Positions 12,768 through 25,695 are shown, counted from the first letter of the whole stretch. The stretch: DNA of 62,886 nt, filler included, from Octopus bimaculoides (GCF_001194135.2; 4 parts of 4 records of this genome joined end to end with filler, not necessarily neighbours in it); one strand, 5' to 3'. Notes: generated by a model from the sequence alone, not told the origin. Translations and numbers: made by a program.

Positions 12768-12884
12768 GAGAATACTTGGTGATTTACTGTTGGAAACACC
12801 CCAAGCCAACTGGTGGGACGGACAAACTACTCCTCCAAACAAAACCAAGTTTTCATTTTCTTTTCTTTTTCTTTTTCGACAACA

Positions 12885-13507
12885 TGCTCGTGTACAGAAT
12901 AGGCAGCGTGAATGTACGTAATCTGGGGGGGGGGCACCTTGGAAGTTGGGTCACCTACTCAATGACTGAATGTCGACGTGGTGGCCATTAGTGGAACCAG
13001 AATTTCCGACTCACGGGACTTCCAACCCATTTTCGGTGACTATGAGGTGTACGCACCTCCAAGTCGTCCAGGAGCGGGTGGCAGAGACACCGTGATGGTT
13101 CGGAAAAATCTGGATCTTGCAATATGGACGATCTTCCTGGATCCGGAAGGTAAGTCGGTAGTCCTGGACATGAAAAGCAGAGAAAGATATACTTTCAGGC
13201 CAGTTTCCGTCTATGCCCCGACAGGGGCAGGACGACCAGATGTCTTCAGACGTCCGGGAACTTTCCTAAGAGCGTCCCACTCTTTAGTGTTAGTGGGGGA
13301 TTGGAATGGAGTTTTAGATGTAAGGTGGGACTGTTTCAATTTAGCAGATAGAAGAGGTGGGTGCAAAAGCCTCGCAAAGCCTGATCAGACGATTCCAACT
13401 GTCTGACATGTATCGACTGGATTTCCTGGATGTGCCAGTGTAGACCTGGTTAAGCCGCATCGAGTCATCCAGAAGCAGAGCAAGTCAAAAAGTTAGACGA
13501 GGCTTTT
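12885..13507 (+). pseudogene. APE endonuclease domain of ORF2 (frameshifted)
   Basis: MLVYRIGSVNVRNL, VAISGTR, SVYAP and VLVGDWN match the order of LINE APE motifs. Confidence 0.85.
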
Positions 13508-13607
13508 NNNNNNNNNNNNNNNNNNNNNNNNNNNNNNNNNNNNNNNNNNNNTTAATTAATTAANNNNNNNNNNNNNNNNNNNNNNNNNNNNNNNNNNNNN
13601 NNNNNNN
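13508..13607. other. Artificial 100-bp scaffold spacer (44 N + TTAATTAATTAA + 44 N)
   Basis: The identical construct occurs at 30496-30595 and 51894-51993. Confidence 0.95.
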
Positions 13608-14329
13608 TTATTATTATTATTATCATGATGATAACGACAACGATGATGAAGTGTTTTTGCTCCAAATATAAATTCATTTCATGTTATCAAATTATTTGCA
13701 AAGTGGTATGTATGTATGTATGTATAAATGTCTATGTGCTGTGCATGTATGTCTATGTGTTGCCTGTGTGTTATGTCTATGTGTTGTGCGTGTATGCATA
13801 TGTGTGTATGCGTGGTGAGTGTGCAAGTGTTTATGTGAGTATGCGCTCGCGTGAATGAGATCTTTATGGTAATTCACACGGAGAGATGTGATTTAGCATT
13901 TATTGACAGACAATCTTATATTGATAAGCAGAAGCACAAAATGTCCCACTCAAAACTAATGATAACAGAAAGAAGGGTAGTGAAGGTTATTCAGAATTAA
14001 ATGACTTCAACATCGAAATTTCACTCCTTAAAAATATCCGCAATACTAAAGCATAGAGGTGGTTAGTTTGCGTTGCAATCTGTCATTTTCTTTTTTAAAG
14101 GTTTCAATAAAAGATCATCTACTTTAGGGTTGGGATAGTTAGGTAATTAGTTGTTAACAGAATCGACTGTAAGGATTTGGTAGTGAACATAAATAAAAGA
14201 CAAAACAATGACTGTCTGTACTTGAACAAGATCAAGTCACATATGAACGATATAGGACACTAAATGCCTGTCTAATTTGGTGAGAATGTATTCGTGAATA
14301 TCCATTTATGCACATTACATACATTCTAG

Positions 14330-14708
14330 CAGTTATTCATGTGGCTGTGTGGCAAGAAGCTTGCTTCCCAACCACATAGCTTCGGGTTCAGTCTCACTGT
14401 GTGGCACCTTGGACATGTATCTTCTACCTTGTGAGTGGATTTGGTAGACGGAAACTGAAAGAAGCCCGTCGTAAGTGTGTGTAGGTGTGTGTGCGTGCGT
14501 GCGCGCGCGCGTGTGTCCACTATCGCTTGACAACCAGCGTTGGTGTTTACGTCCCCGTAACTTAGCAGTTCGGTAACAGAGGTCGATAGAATAAGGCTCA
14601 CAAAAAATAAGTTTTGGGGTCGATTTCTTCGACTAAAAAAATCCTTTAAAGTGGTGCTACAGCGTGGCCGCAGTCAGACGACTGAAGCACATAAAAGAAT
14701 AAAAGAAT
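14330..14708 (+). mobile_element. tRNA-derived SINE family AB, near full length
   Basis: Head gtggctgtgtggcaagaagc...gggttcagtctc, then a ccttggacatgt CORE-like motif, an internal (GT)n and a (taaaagaa) tail. Confidence 0.8.
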
Positions 14709-14884
14709 ATGCATGCATATCTCTGTAGAAAATTTATAGACACATTTAAAAGTGAAAATATCGCTCTGCTAATACAAAGCAAGACAATGGTTGCAAAATG
14801 AAATACCGTGACCTTACCAGCAATTAATATATACGTACATATGCGTTCATACATACAGACTGACATTTCATGTATTCATACATA

Positions 14885-16118
14885 CAGTGGGGGGAAATAA
14901 ATATTCGTACATGTCAAAAATTCTTTATTTATTTAATTTCTAATGAACATAAATGAGATATACCAATACTATATTTGTATACACATACATAAACTAAGAA
15001 TATGCAAAAGAAACTAATAAATTATAGTAACTAATGAATTTATATACAATTATAAATATTTAGGGGTGAAAAAAGTATTCCTACAGAACATAAATAACTG
15101 ATAATTCTGATTTAATACTTCGTAGCATAACCGTTATTCAGTCCACTTCAACCAATCTCTTCTTGTAGTTCTTAATCAATGATTCGCATGTTTCTTTAGG
15201 AATTTTTCCTCATTCTTCTTGACAAATTTTCTTCAAATTTGGAATGCACTTTGGGGCTCTTGAATGAATTTTAATTTTCAAATAACACCACAAATTTTCA
15301 ACGGGGTTCAAGTCAGGTGACTGGCTTGCCCATTCTAATAATTTTATATTGAGATTGACAATCTATTTTTTGGTAGACTTTGCCGTGTGCTTAGGGTCGT
15401 TATCCTGTTGTAAAACCCACTCTTCACAAAGCTGGAGCTTTTCTACAGAGTCCCATAAATTATTGTTCAAAATATTTTGGTACATCTCTGCATTCATTCT
15501 ACCATCTGTCACATGTAAATTGCCAGTGCCATTTGCAGAGAAACACTCCACACTATGATGTTGCCACCTCCAAACGTTACAGTAGGAATTGTGCTTTTCG
15601 GTGAATAGGCGGTACCATCTTTCCTCCAAACATAGCTACGCGAATTTCGTCCAAACAATTCAATTTTTGACTCGTCTGTCCATAGAACATTTTCCCAGAA
15701 TGTATCAGATTTATCTTAATGTTCATAAACAAACTTTAAACAGGCATCTCTATGCCTTTTAGTCAACAGTGGAGTTTTTCTAGAAGAGTGTGACTTCAGT
15801 TCATCGCTGATTGTTCATAGTGTAACACTAGTCCCTGAAGCTAACAAATCTTCTTGCAACTCCTTTCTGGTGATCATTACATTTTTTTCGATACTTCACT
15901 TCATTTTTCTTAAAGATCTATGGGAAATCTTGCGTGGTGCACCGGATCTTATTCTATTTTCAACAGTTCCCGATTTTTTATATCTTTGAATAAATGAAGA
16001 TATGGTAGAAAATGGAATACAAATGGTCTCTGATATTTTCCTGTAACTTTTACCTGCTTTCCACTGTTCAATAATTACGTTTTTTCACTGAATTTGTGAG
16101 TTCTTTACTTTTCGCCAT
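14885..16118 (-). mobile_element. Tc1-like element A (IR/DR type), lacking its 5' TIR
   Basis: TA|CAGTGGGGGGAAATAAATATT at 14885, an inner repeat TAGGGGTGAAAAAAGTATT at about 15061, and a transposase on the - strand. Confidence 0.88.
15112..16118 (-). pseudogene. Tc1 DD34E transposase, disrupted
   Basis: MAKSKELT..., WTDESKIELFG, QQDNDPKH, SPDLNPVENLW, ending TKY*. Contains internal stops and frameshifts. Confidence 0.9.
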
Positions 16119-16120
16119 TA

Positions 16121-16942
16121 TTGTTTGATGTTTCGAGAGGCACAGTCTCCAAAATTGTATAGGCATTTCCAAACCCAAAGTAAAACCAGGTCTAGTAAGC
16201 GTAATTCTGGACGGTACGCAAAGCTGACAAGGAGGAACCGTAGAATTGTGAAACGTAATGTATCTAAGAACTATCGAACGATAGCAGCAGAGCTAAACCA
16301 CCACCTTAGCAACTCAAAATCATTTATCATTAGCTTCTTATAGCAGAATACCATGGAGTCGAGTTGGAGGCGGAGTGCTGCAATTGCTAAATCTATCCTG
16401 TCCCCCCATCAGCATTAATGAACGGAAAAATTGTGGTGTCTGGAATATCGTTTGGGGCCAATGGTTCAATGGAACGAATCATCATTCATCCCTTTTCTCA
16501 CATCAGAGTGAGTTTACATCGGGAGACAACTCAAAGAAACCTTCAGCCCTATCCTATCATGAAGCATAGACTGGTGATTTGGACAACCATATCATTGGAT
16601 TCACATTGCTGATGTAATTCAAAATTGGTACGAAAAGCACAAAAGTCAAGTAGACCACAATGATTGGACCCGATCAATGAGCGGCTCGTAATACAATCAA
16701 ACATTTTTTATGCATTTTGGAAAAACCCGCGAGGAGCTGCCTCCTTCCGCTTTCATCACTGAAAGAGCTAAAGCAGGATTTACTTGATGAATGACTCAAA
16801 ATTCCCCAAACACTCGCTTAAAAACTGTACGAGTCAATTCTTTGAAGTATTAAAGTGATTGATACCAAAGATGGACCAGCTCCATATTATATAATAAAAT
16901 TTCCATTTAAGACGGTATTTTCATTATTTTGTGCAACCTCTG
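16121..16942 (+). mobile_element. Tc1-like element B, decayed, lacking its 5' end
   Basis: LFDVSRGTVSKIV and SKRNSGR in the N-terminal region. The 3' end cattattttgtgcaacctctg|TA matches the TIR at 35062-35085. Confidence 0.75.
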
Positions 16943-17247
16943 TATGTATGTATGTATGTATGTATGTATGTATGTATGTATGTATGTACATACATACATA
17001 TGCATATGTTATAAGATAAATTTAATGTGATTAGCATGCAATTCATAATATCTAAGGCACAGAAAGTAATTGTAAGCACAGCTTATTTTTCTACTCGTAC
17101 ATAGAAATATAATGATTGTGGCGATATACTTCATGGTTGATTGGTCGCGAGGTGTGTTTATTATCCGAGGAGTGGCCTCTCAACCACGAAACAAATATAT
17201 CCCAGTAATCTTTTTTTATTTTTCTCAGGGCAAGGAGAATAATATAT

Positions 17248-17545
17248 ACTCTTTTTCTCTTTTACTAGCTTCAATCATTTGAATGCGGCCATGTTGGAGC
17301 ACCGCCTTTAGTCGAATAAATCGACCTCAAGACTTATTCTTTGCAAGCCTGGTACTTATTCTTTCGAAACCCTTTTGCCGAACGGCTATATTACGGGGAC
17401 GTAAACACACCAACATCGGTTGTCAAGCCCGAGGCTATAGTAGCTATAGTAGAAGACACTTGCCCAAGGTGTCACACAGTGGGACTGAATCCGGAACCAT
17501 GTGGTTGGTGAGCAAGCTACTTACCACACAGTCACCACGGTGCCT
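17248..17545 (-). mobile_element. SINE family AB, internally deleted
   Basis: The 3' segment is joined directly to the head segment at tgtcaagc|ccgaggctatag. Confidence 0.75.
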
Positions 17546-17673
17546 ATGTTATTCTTCTGCGGAGTAGCTGTGACTGAGGAGTTCGGGATTCTGTACAGTT
17601 TTCATTTATTAAATTCCACTATCAATCAATCCGAGCATTTAGAATTTATCTCATAAAGCTTTAATTTATATTC

Positions 17674-17704
<31 letters not shown>

Positions 17705-17717
17705 ACAAAGGTAAATA

Positions 17718-18571
17718 CAAGGTGCATTCCAGAAATTTTCAGATTTTTTCAAGAGAGCCATTTAATAATTTCAAAGAAGTACAAAGCTCTAACCTCCTTT
17801 AAAGTAGGGTCTTATGACTTCAATGTACTTACTGTAGCACTCCAATCACTCCGTGAAGGTGCGTGGAAGTCCTCCAAATAAAGGTGTCCGAATCTCCTTC
17901 ACCTTCTCAGTGTCTTCAAACGACTGTCCCTAAGGTCCTACTTCAGCTTGTGGATTGTAGGGAGGGTGAGAGACAATTTTTTACGCCAATCTCTGTGAAA
18001 TAGTTGGTTCCCAGGGTGGAACTGTGGACTGGGGTATTGTTTTGGTGCAGGTGCTCTAGGCATTTGTGACGAAATTTCTTCCTGAACTCCCTCACCCACC
18101 CAACAAAGTACTATTTGTTAACTGTCAGACGAGAGGAAGCACAGTGGACGTAGACGATGCCCCTGTTGTCGAAAAAGGGATCATCATGAGCTTTCCAGTG
18201 GACTTGCTTTGCTTGGCTTCTTGTGCCAGCATAAAACAGACACTTGGCTCATACAAGTTAGTCCAGAAGCAGTCTGGAGTATTTCATGCGTTCCTGTCAT
18301 GTTTTTGCCCAGTTTAACTGAACACTTTATTATATAGTGAGCTTTCAAACGTCCCAACTGTATATGCAAACTAGTTAGCTGTGACAAGTTGTGTTTAGCA
18401 GGATGTGTTCAAAGTGTTCTTACAGGCGTTTACCTCAACGTGGAATAACAAAAGTTGTCAGGTCAGCTTATTATGATATACTAAACTGATATACTCAAAG
18501 TACTGATAATCTAGGTAAGTTATAACTACCGCTCCTAAAAAATAGTCTGAAAACTTCTGGAATGTACCTCG
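17718..18571 (-). mobile_element. Mariner (DD34D) internally deleted element with both TIRs
   Basis: caaggtgcattccagaaattttcag versus the reverse complement of ctgaaaacttctggaatgtacctcg. The - strand encodes HQNNTPVH, HPPYNP and KYIEVIRPYFKGG*. Confidence 0.8.
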
Positions 18572-18619
18572 CATACTGTACTTCTTGTTGTTTAGGTTGA
18601 GACCTATGCAGTTTGCTGC

Positions 18620-18990
18620 TGTCTCGGTGTCTATTAACTATCTTCAAAAGGGCCACATCATCAATGGAGAGTACTATGCTATCGTTGTTTTCAACGGCTG
18701 TTGTCCATGACTGTGGCTTTGAACTGGCTGATTACTCTCCCTGTTTTCCTCATTTGGCCCCATAATCAGATCTATTTCCTAACATGAAAAACCATTTGGC
18801 TGGGAACCAGTATCGCTGTGATGATGACGCTATAGCCGCTGTTGTTACTTGTTACGTTTGAAGTGTTCTTTGAATAGTCAGATATCAGTTTTCCTGAAGA
18901 GAAACTATGCAGAAATCAATGCATACAAGATTTCACAGCTCTAGTATTACTTCTTCATAGGCGGCCTAAGATCTTTTCAGCCCACCTTCG
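18620..18990 (+). mobile_element. Mariner fragments (C-terminal transposase piece and a terminal segment)
   Basis: INYLQKGHIINGEYYA, DCGFEL and LFPNMKNHLAGNQY. The end ttcagcccaccttcg|TA resembles 20760-20779. Confidence 0.7.
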
Positions 18991-19031
18991 TATTCTTGAA
19001 AGGTTGAACTTGTTTAGCGAGTTTTTGGTTT

Positions 19032-19050
19032 CTTGATTTATGATGGCTTT

Positions 19051-19134
<84 letters not shown>

Positions 19135-19135
19135 T
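19032..19135. repeat. (GT)n microsatellite
   Basis: Direct inspection. Confidence 0.95.
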
Positions 19136-19234
19136 ACCACACGTTGATACTGCTTGATTGTCCTTCATAGAGATTCTAATTTTGGTAAGGCTTATACTTG
19201 TTTAGGGTTTGATATTTTATGGAGGTTTTGTTCC

Positions 19235-19318
19235 ACACATACATACATATATACATACATACATACATACATATATACATACATACATACATACATACAT
19301 ACATACATACATACATAA

Positions 19319-19352
<34 letters not shown>

Positions 19353-19866
19353 CATACATACATACATATATACATAATACATACATACATAATACATACA
19401 TACATACATACATACATACATAATACATACATACATAAATACATACATACATACATAATACATACATACATACATAAATACATACATACATACATACATG
19501 CATACATACATACATACATACATACACACATACAAACATACATACACACATACATACATACATGCATACATAATACATACATACATACATACATATATAC
19601 ATACATACATACATACATACATAATCCATACATACATACATAAATACATACATACATACATAATACATACATACATACATAAATACATACATACATACAT
19701 ACATACATACATGCATACATACATACATACATACATAAATACATACATACATATATACATACATACATACATACATGCATACATACATACATACATACAT
19801 ACATACATACATACATACATACATAAATACATACATACACAAACACATACGCATATGCACATACAT
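19235..19866. repeat. Long (TACA)n array with CATAA variants
   Basis: Direct inspection. It is the source of the YIHT/MYVC pseudo-ORFs. Confidence 0.97.
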
Positions 19867-19959
19867 ATGTAAATGTAAATCCACATATATATAAATAAAT
19901 TCTCTTTTGTAATTTCAGTTGCTAGCTGTGAGCAATCTTCCATCAAGTTGATGTTGATA

Positions 19960-20779
19960 CTTGAGAGCCTTTTGCATCCCAAAACACTGAGGCCATCTCT
20001 TTCCCTGCAAATGAAACGACCTTGGCCTTCTTTGAAGCACGTGAGGAGGGGTGATTCCACTGCATAGATTATCTCTTTGTCTCTGGCTCAAAGTGATGAA
20101 TCCAACACTCATCCTGGGTTAGGAAACGTTCAAAGAAACCAGCAGGATCTTTGTCAAACAATGTCAGATTTTCCCGTGATGTGATTAGTCTGCTGCACTT
20201 TTAATCAGGTGTCAGAAAACGTGGCACTCACCGAACGGAAACCTTTGTCATGCCCAGCTCATTGTGCAGAATATTCTCAACTCTCTCACGGGATACGCTA
20301 ATAGCATTGGCTATTTGATATATAGTCAAATTGCCTGACATCCATCATCATGAAGTGAACACGATCAATGTTTTCTTTGATGGTGGCAGTTGCAAGACGT
20401 TCAGACCTTGAGTCATCTTTAAGACTCTCTCTTGTCCGAAATTCAGTTGTCCATGTTTGTATTGTTGATAAAACTGGAATATCATCCGTTAGTGTAGGAA
20501 CCATGTCATCACGAATATTCTTAGGGGTGGGGTGGTAACGGCGGTGGGGTGCTAACCCCTTTTTTCTGCAGGTACGTGATAACATCACGATAACAAATTT
20601 TTTTCATTTTAAAGAGAGCTCGCTACTAGTTACTTTTGAAATCTTCTTTGGACAGTCAGATGTCAGTTTACCTGGAAAGAAACTATCAATAAGAAAGGTT
20701 GAAATTAAAGCATGCGAGATTTCACAACTCTAGCGTCACTCCCTCATAGTCAGCCTCTGAACTTTTCAGTCCACCCACG
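19960..20779 (-). mobile_element. Mariner 5' half with TIR
   Basis: TA|CGTGGGTGGACTGAAAAGTT, then ESLKDDSRS, ENILHNELGMTKVSVR*VPRFL (WVPHLL-like), TQDECWIHHFEPETK and ASVFWDAKG. Confidence 0.82.
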
Positions 20780-21076
20780 TAGAATCCTGAACGAAGGACA
20801 ATTTAAAGCCACAAAAATATGTGTGGGGGTAGGTAGAGGGGGAGGGGAGTTCGTATGTGCGTCTGCGTTTGTGTGCGGGCGCGTGCGAGTGAATGTTCAT
20901 GTGTGTGCGTGTGTGTATGAATGTGTGTGTTGGAGGTGAGTATGTAATTAGATGGTCCTTTACAACTATGGAAGTACTTTGAACCTGATGTGATCATTTC
21001 CACTTATAAGGAAAAGATGAGTAGTCGATGTAGCGATGTTAGGCTTTATGTTTCTATGAATTAAAAGAAAAACAGA

Positions 21077-21155
21077 GGGAAGGAAGGAAGTAAGGAAGGA
21101 AGGAAGGAAGGAAGGAAGGAAGGAAGGAAGGAAGGAAGGAAGGAAGGAAGGAAGG
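21077..21155. repeat. (GAAG)n microsatellite running into a gap
   Basis: Direct inspection. Confidence 0.95.
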
Positions 21156-22126
21156 NNNNNNNNNNNNNNNNNNNNNNNNNNNNNNNNNNNNNNNNNNNNN
21201 NNNNNNNNNNNNNNNNNNNNNNNNNNNNNNNNNNNNNNNNNNNNNNNNNNNNNNNNNNNNNNNNNNNNNNNNNNNNNNNNNNNNNNNNNNNNNNNNNNNN
21301 NNNNNNNNNNNNNNNNNNNNNNNNNNNNNNNNNNNNNNNNNNNNNNNNNNNNNNNNNNNNNNNNNNNNNNNNNNNNNNNNNNNNNNNNNNNNNNNNNNNN
21401 NNNNNNNNNNNNNNNNNNNNNNNNNNNNNNNNNNNNNNNNNNNNNNNNNNNNNNNNNNNNNNNNNNNNNNNNNNNNNNNNNNNNNNNNNNNNNNNNNNNN
21501 NNNNNNNNNNNNNNNNNNNNNNNNNNNNNNNNNNNNNNNNNNNNNNNNNNNNNNNNNNNNNNNNNNNNNNNNNNNNNNNNNNNNNNNNNNNNNNNNNNNN
21601 NNNNNNNNNNNNNNNNNNNNNNNNNNNNNNNNNNNNNNNNNNNNNNNNNNNNNNNNNNNNNNNNNNNNNNNNNNNNNNNNNNNNNNNNNNNNNNNNNNNN
21701 NNNNNNNNNNNNNNNNNNNNNNNNNNNNNNNNNNNNNNNNNNNNNNNNNNNNNNNNNNNNNNNNNNNNNNNNNNNNNNNNNNNNNNNNNNNNNNNNNNNN
21801 NNNNNNNNNNNNNNNNNNNNNNNNNNNNNNNNNNNNNNNNNNNNNNNNNNNNNNNNNNNNNNNNNNNNNNNNNNNNNNNNNNNNNNNNNNNNNNNNNNNN
21901 NNNNNNNNNNNNNNNNNNNNNNNNNNNNNNNNNNNNNNNNNNNNNNNNNNNNNNNNNNNNNNNNNNNNNNNNNNNNNNNNNNNNNNNNNNNNNNNNNNNN
22001 NNNNNNNNNNNNNNNNNNNNNNNNNNNNNNNNNNNNNNNNNNNNNNNNNNNNNNNNNNNNNNNNNNNNNNNNNNNNNNNNNNNNNNNNNNNNNNNNNNNN
22101 NNNNNNNNNNNNNNNNNNNNNNNNNN

Positions 22127-24410
22127 CTCTAACAACGAATCGTATGACATGACAAGGATCTACCCCACAGACTTACCCTTTAACAAAAGGGTATGTATCC
22201 CACCCCGAATTGACAGTGAAACAGCAGCAAAGATCTCCTTAGCTAGGAATAGACTCCGATATATCTTAGACTAATACAACAAATCCACTAAAAAACATAG
22301 TGAGGAGGGGACCCACCAAATCAGCTCCTCTGTTGACTAAGGCCTACAAAAACTGAAACAACGAATTAGGAACAGAGAATTAGTGTGCCTTCTTATGGAC
22401 AAGTCTGGCAGACCGTCAATAGACAGACCACAGAACTATGTCCAGACCATGCAACAACACATCAATAGCATGAGAGAAGTTACACCATAGGAATATGAAA
22501 GAGTGGAATAACACCTCAATGCACACATGGGAATGTGGTGCAACATACTCCAACCTATAAAAAGGACGGCACACAATTTCCAAGCATCCAACAATTATAT
22601 TCCTACACTATGCTGATTACGCAGAGGCCACAAACCCTACATAAACCCTGTTGTGGGGCCCCCAACCAGACCAGTTTGCGGAGCGAATATCTCCAGTAAT
22701 TATAGACTGTCCTACTTCCTCTCACAGGTATTACAACCTCTCATAGAGATGTCTCCAGATCTCTGTGTGAGCAAGGAAGCTCTCCTCAGTAAAATCAGTA
22801 CTTACAACCACTCCAACGACGACCTCACAGGTTGTGTAGTGAGTAGTATGAATGTGATTTCACTCTACATAGATTTTGCTGTGGAGAAATGCATTCAGAG
22901 TGAGGTGAAGTTCCGTAAGGTCAACACGAGGGAACTAGACCTCCTCCTCAGACTAAGCTATGACAGTAACTATTTAGATGACCATGACCTCAGTAGATTC
23001 TGCCCTACCAGGTCACAGAGGGGAAGACCACCCACCATCACTTCAGCAGTGAAGAAAAGCACCACAGAGTACTGGAGTGGCTGGACCGCACCCGCCCCAA
23101 ACCCTGAGAACAACAATCAGGTGAAAGAAATGATTGCACATGCAATAGGGGCCAGTGTAAAAACCACCTTGAAGAACCACATAGTAAAGTTTAACAAAAA
23201 ACTATACGTACAGGTTCAAGGTGCAGCCATCGGTGTCGGTGTAGCTGGAGATGTGGCCGGCCTCTTCATGACCTGGTGGGACAGAAAACTTAAACAAATG
23301 TTAGCTGAACAGTCCACAACTCTTCTACTCTACAGTAGATATGTAGATGATATTAATATCATAGTTAGGACCAACTCTAGTGACGGTCATGTAGAAACAG
23401 AAAGGAACGTAATGGAGAACATTCAGTAAATAGCTAACTCCATCCACCAAAGTATCAAGGTAACTATAGATTACCCCAACAATAGACTCCCCGTACTTGA
23501 TACTGAACTTTGGTTAGAGACTGTGAACAATACTGTGCAGCTCCTCCATGGCTTCAAAACATGTTGTTCACAAGAACTCAGCTTTGTCACACAACATGAA
23601 AATTAACATACTGATAGCAGACTTAGTTAGGATAATGAACGACGTGTCCCCACTATGCGAACCCTATGAAACGAAAAAACATATACAGAACTTCATGCAC
23701 CGCATGCAGTCCTCTGGATATGATCAGAAAGATAGGGTTCGAGTATACAGGGGTGCTAGAAAGAAATTAGATAATATTATACGTAATGATACCAGTGGTA
23801 CCTGCCCTACATATAGAAACAAAGAATGGAATAGAATACAAAGAACTTGTGACAAAGCAAATAGGGCGAACACGCGGTGTAAAACCGACAAATATCAAGG
23901 AGTGATGTTTGTAGAGGCCACAGCACATGGAGAACTAGCCCGTAGATTTAGAAAAGCTCCGAAGGAGATCAAACTCAACATTAAGATTGTTGAAAAGCCA
24001 GAGATTTCCGTCAGATCACAACTATGTAGGACGTACCCTTTTGAGAATATCATAGGCTCCAATGATGACTGCATGGTATGCAGGATTATCCCTGGCATTA
24101 ACTGCAGAACTAGAAATGTAGTTTACAGCATGAGATGCATAGAAGATACTTGTAAAGACATGAACATGACATATATAGGGGAGACATCTAAGAGCATTGC
24201 GGAACGACTAAATGAACATCTGAGACAATATGACGACAAAAAATAGTCCTCCATACTTTACCAGCATGCTAAAGACCAACACAGAAGTAATCTGGGTCAG
24301 CTTGACATCTGCATCTTATCCAAGCACCCAAGCACCCAAAAGACCCAAATACGTGAGTACATCCTTATAAATGAAACTTCCCCAATACTAAATAGGAAAT
24401 ATACATAGTA
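22127..24410 (+). mobile_element. Penelope-like retroelement, second family, disrupted RT and GIY-YIG
   Basis: MDKSG, GPPTRPVCG, QVQGAAIG, YSRYVDDINI (RT), then CMVC and RNVVYSMRC...TYIGETSKSIAERLNEH (GIY-YIG). Several stops. Confidence 0.88.
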
Positions 24411-24479
24411 AATATCATACGCCCATACCCACAGTTTACACAGGTAGAGTAGAATAGTTAGTGGGCTGTTATGTAGATA

Positions 24480-25020
24480 GATGTGTGTATGTGTGTGTGT
24501 GGGTGTATGTATGTATGTGTATATGCACATGTGTGCAAGCATATGGATATGAAAATAAACAGATCAACATACAGACGGATAGGTACATAGGTTATATGAA
24601 CAGACGAGCACACATACGCAAATGGAGACTGAAACACATGACCATATATACACACACACTTTACTTCACACAAGGACACATATGGAGACACGTGTCCACA
24701 CATATGGAGATGCACATCCATACATACAAACATGGACATAGTTGCAAAACACACACACACATACACTCAGACATGCACACACAGGGAGACAGAGGTGCAT
24801 ACATATAGAAACACACGCACACATACACACACATACATAAAAAATACACAAACACGGACATGCAAGCACATGAATATGCAAAATACATACATACAGATGC
24901 ATACACATACATATATACATATGCATACACACACATATATACATGAACACATGCATACATACATACATACATACATACCTGCATGCATAGGCACGCGCGC
25001 ACACACACATGCGCACAAAC
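24480..25020. repeat. Degenerate (CA)/(TACA) low-complexity tract
   Basis: Direct inspection. Confidence 0.85.
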
Positions 25021-25628
25021 AAACAAAAAGGAACGCAGTGTAAATAACGGACAGAGTCAAGACTATTGAAAAGGTTGCAAGACGCAACGAAAATTTTAGG
25101 AAAAATATATAAACGAGTGGAAACTTTACCGGTGTGTATTTGTTAAATAATAGAGAATGACTCTCCCCAGACACAACAAAATATGCTTCAACACACGAAA
25201 TCACATGAAGAATCTTGCAAACCAAATCCAAAAACGAAATNNNNNNNNNNNNNNNNNNNNNNNNNNNNNNNNNNNNNNNNNNNNNNNNNNNNNNNNNNNN
25301 NNNNNNNNNNNNNNNNNNNNNNNNNNNNNNNNNNNNNNNNNNNNNNNNNNNNNNNNNNNNNNNNNNNNNNNNNNNNNNNNNNNNNNNNNNNNNNNNNNNN
25401 NNNNNNNNNNNNNNNNNNNNNNNNNNNNNNNNNNNNNNNNNNNNNNNNNNNNNNNNNNNNNNNNNNNNNNNNNNNNNNNNNNNNNNNNNNNNNNNNNNNN
25501 NNNNNNNNNNNNNNNNNNNNNNNNNNNNNNNNNNNNNNNNNNNNNNNNNNNNNNNNNNNNNNNNNNNNNNNNNNNNNNNNNNNNNNNNNNNNNNNNNNNN
25601 NNNNNNNNNNNNNNNNNNNNNNNNNNNN

Positions 25629-25695
<67 letters not shown>

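Larger units (their letters stand above)
10550..13507 (+). mobile_element. L1/Tx1-like non-LTR retrotransposon, 5' portion (ORF1 and APE endonuclease), cut by a gap
   Basis: An ORF1-like region is followed by APE endonuclease motifs. The 5' boundary is approximate. Confidence 0.8.

Noticed and set aside
19235-19866. CRISPR-like or coded periodicity in the TACA array
   Set aside because: The variants (CATAA, CATG, TATA) are explained by slippage. There are no unique spacers and no cas genes.
19176-20060. Long MYVC/YIHT-repeat ORFs (also 4.5-5.0 kb, 24.4-25.0 kb, 26.0-26.8 kb, 46.0-46.4 kb)
   Set aside because: They are translations of (TACA)n and (CA)n microsatellites, which lack stops in several frames.
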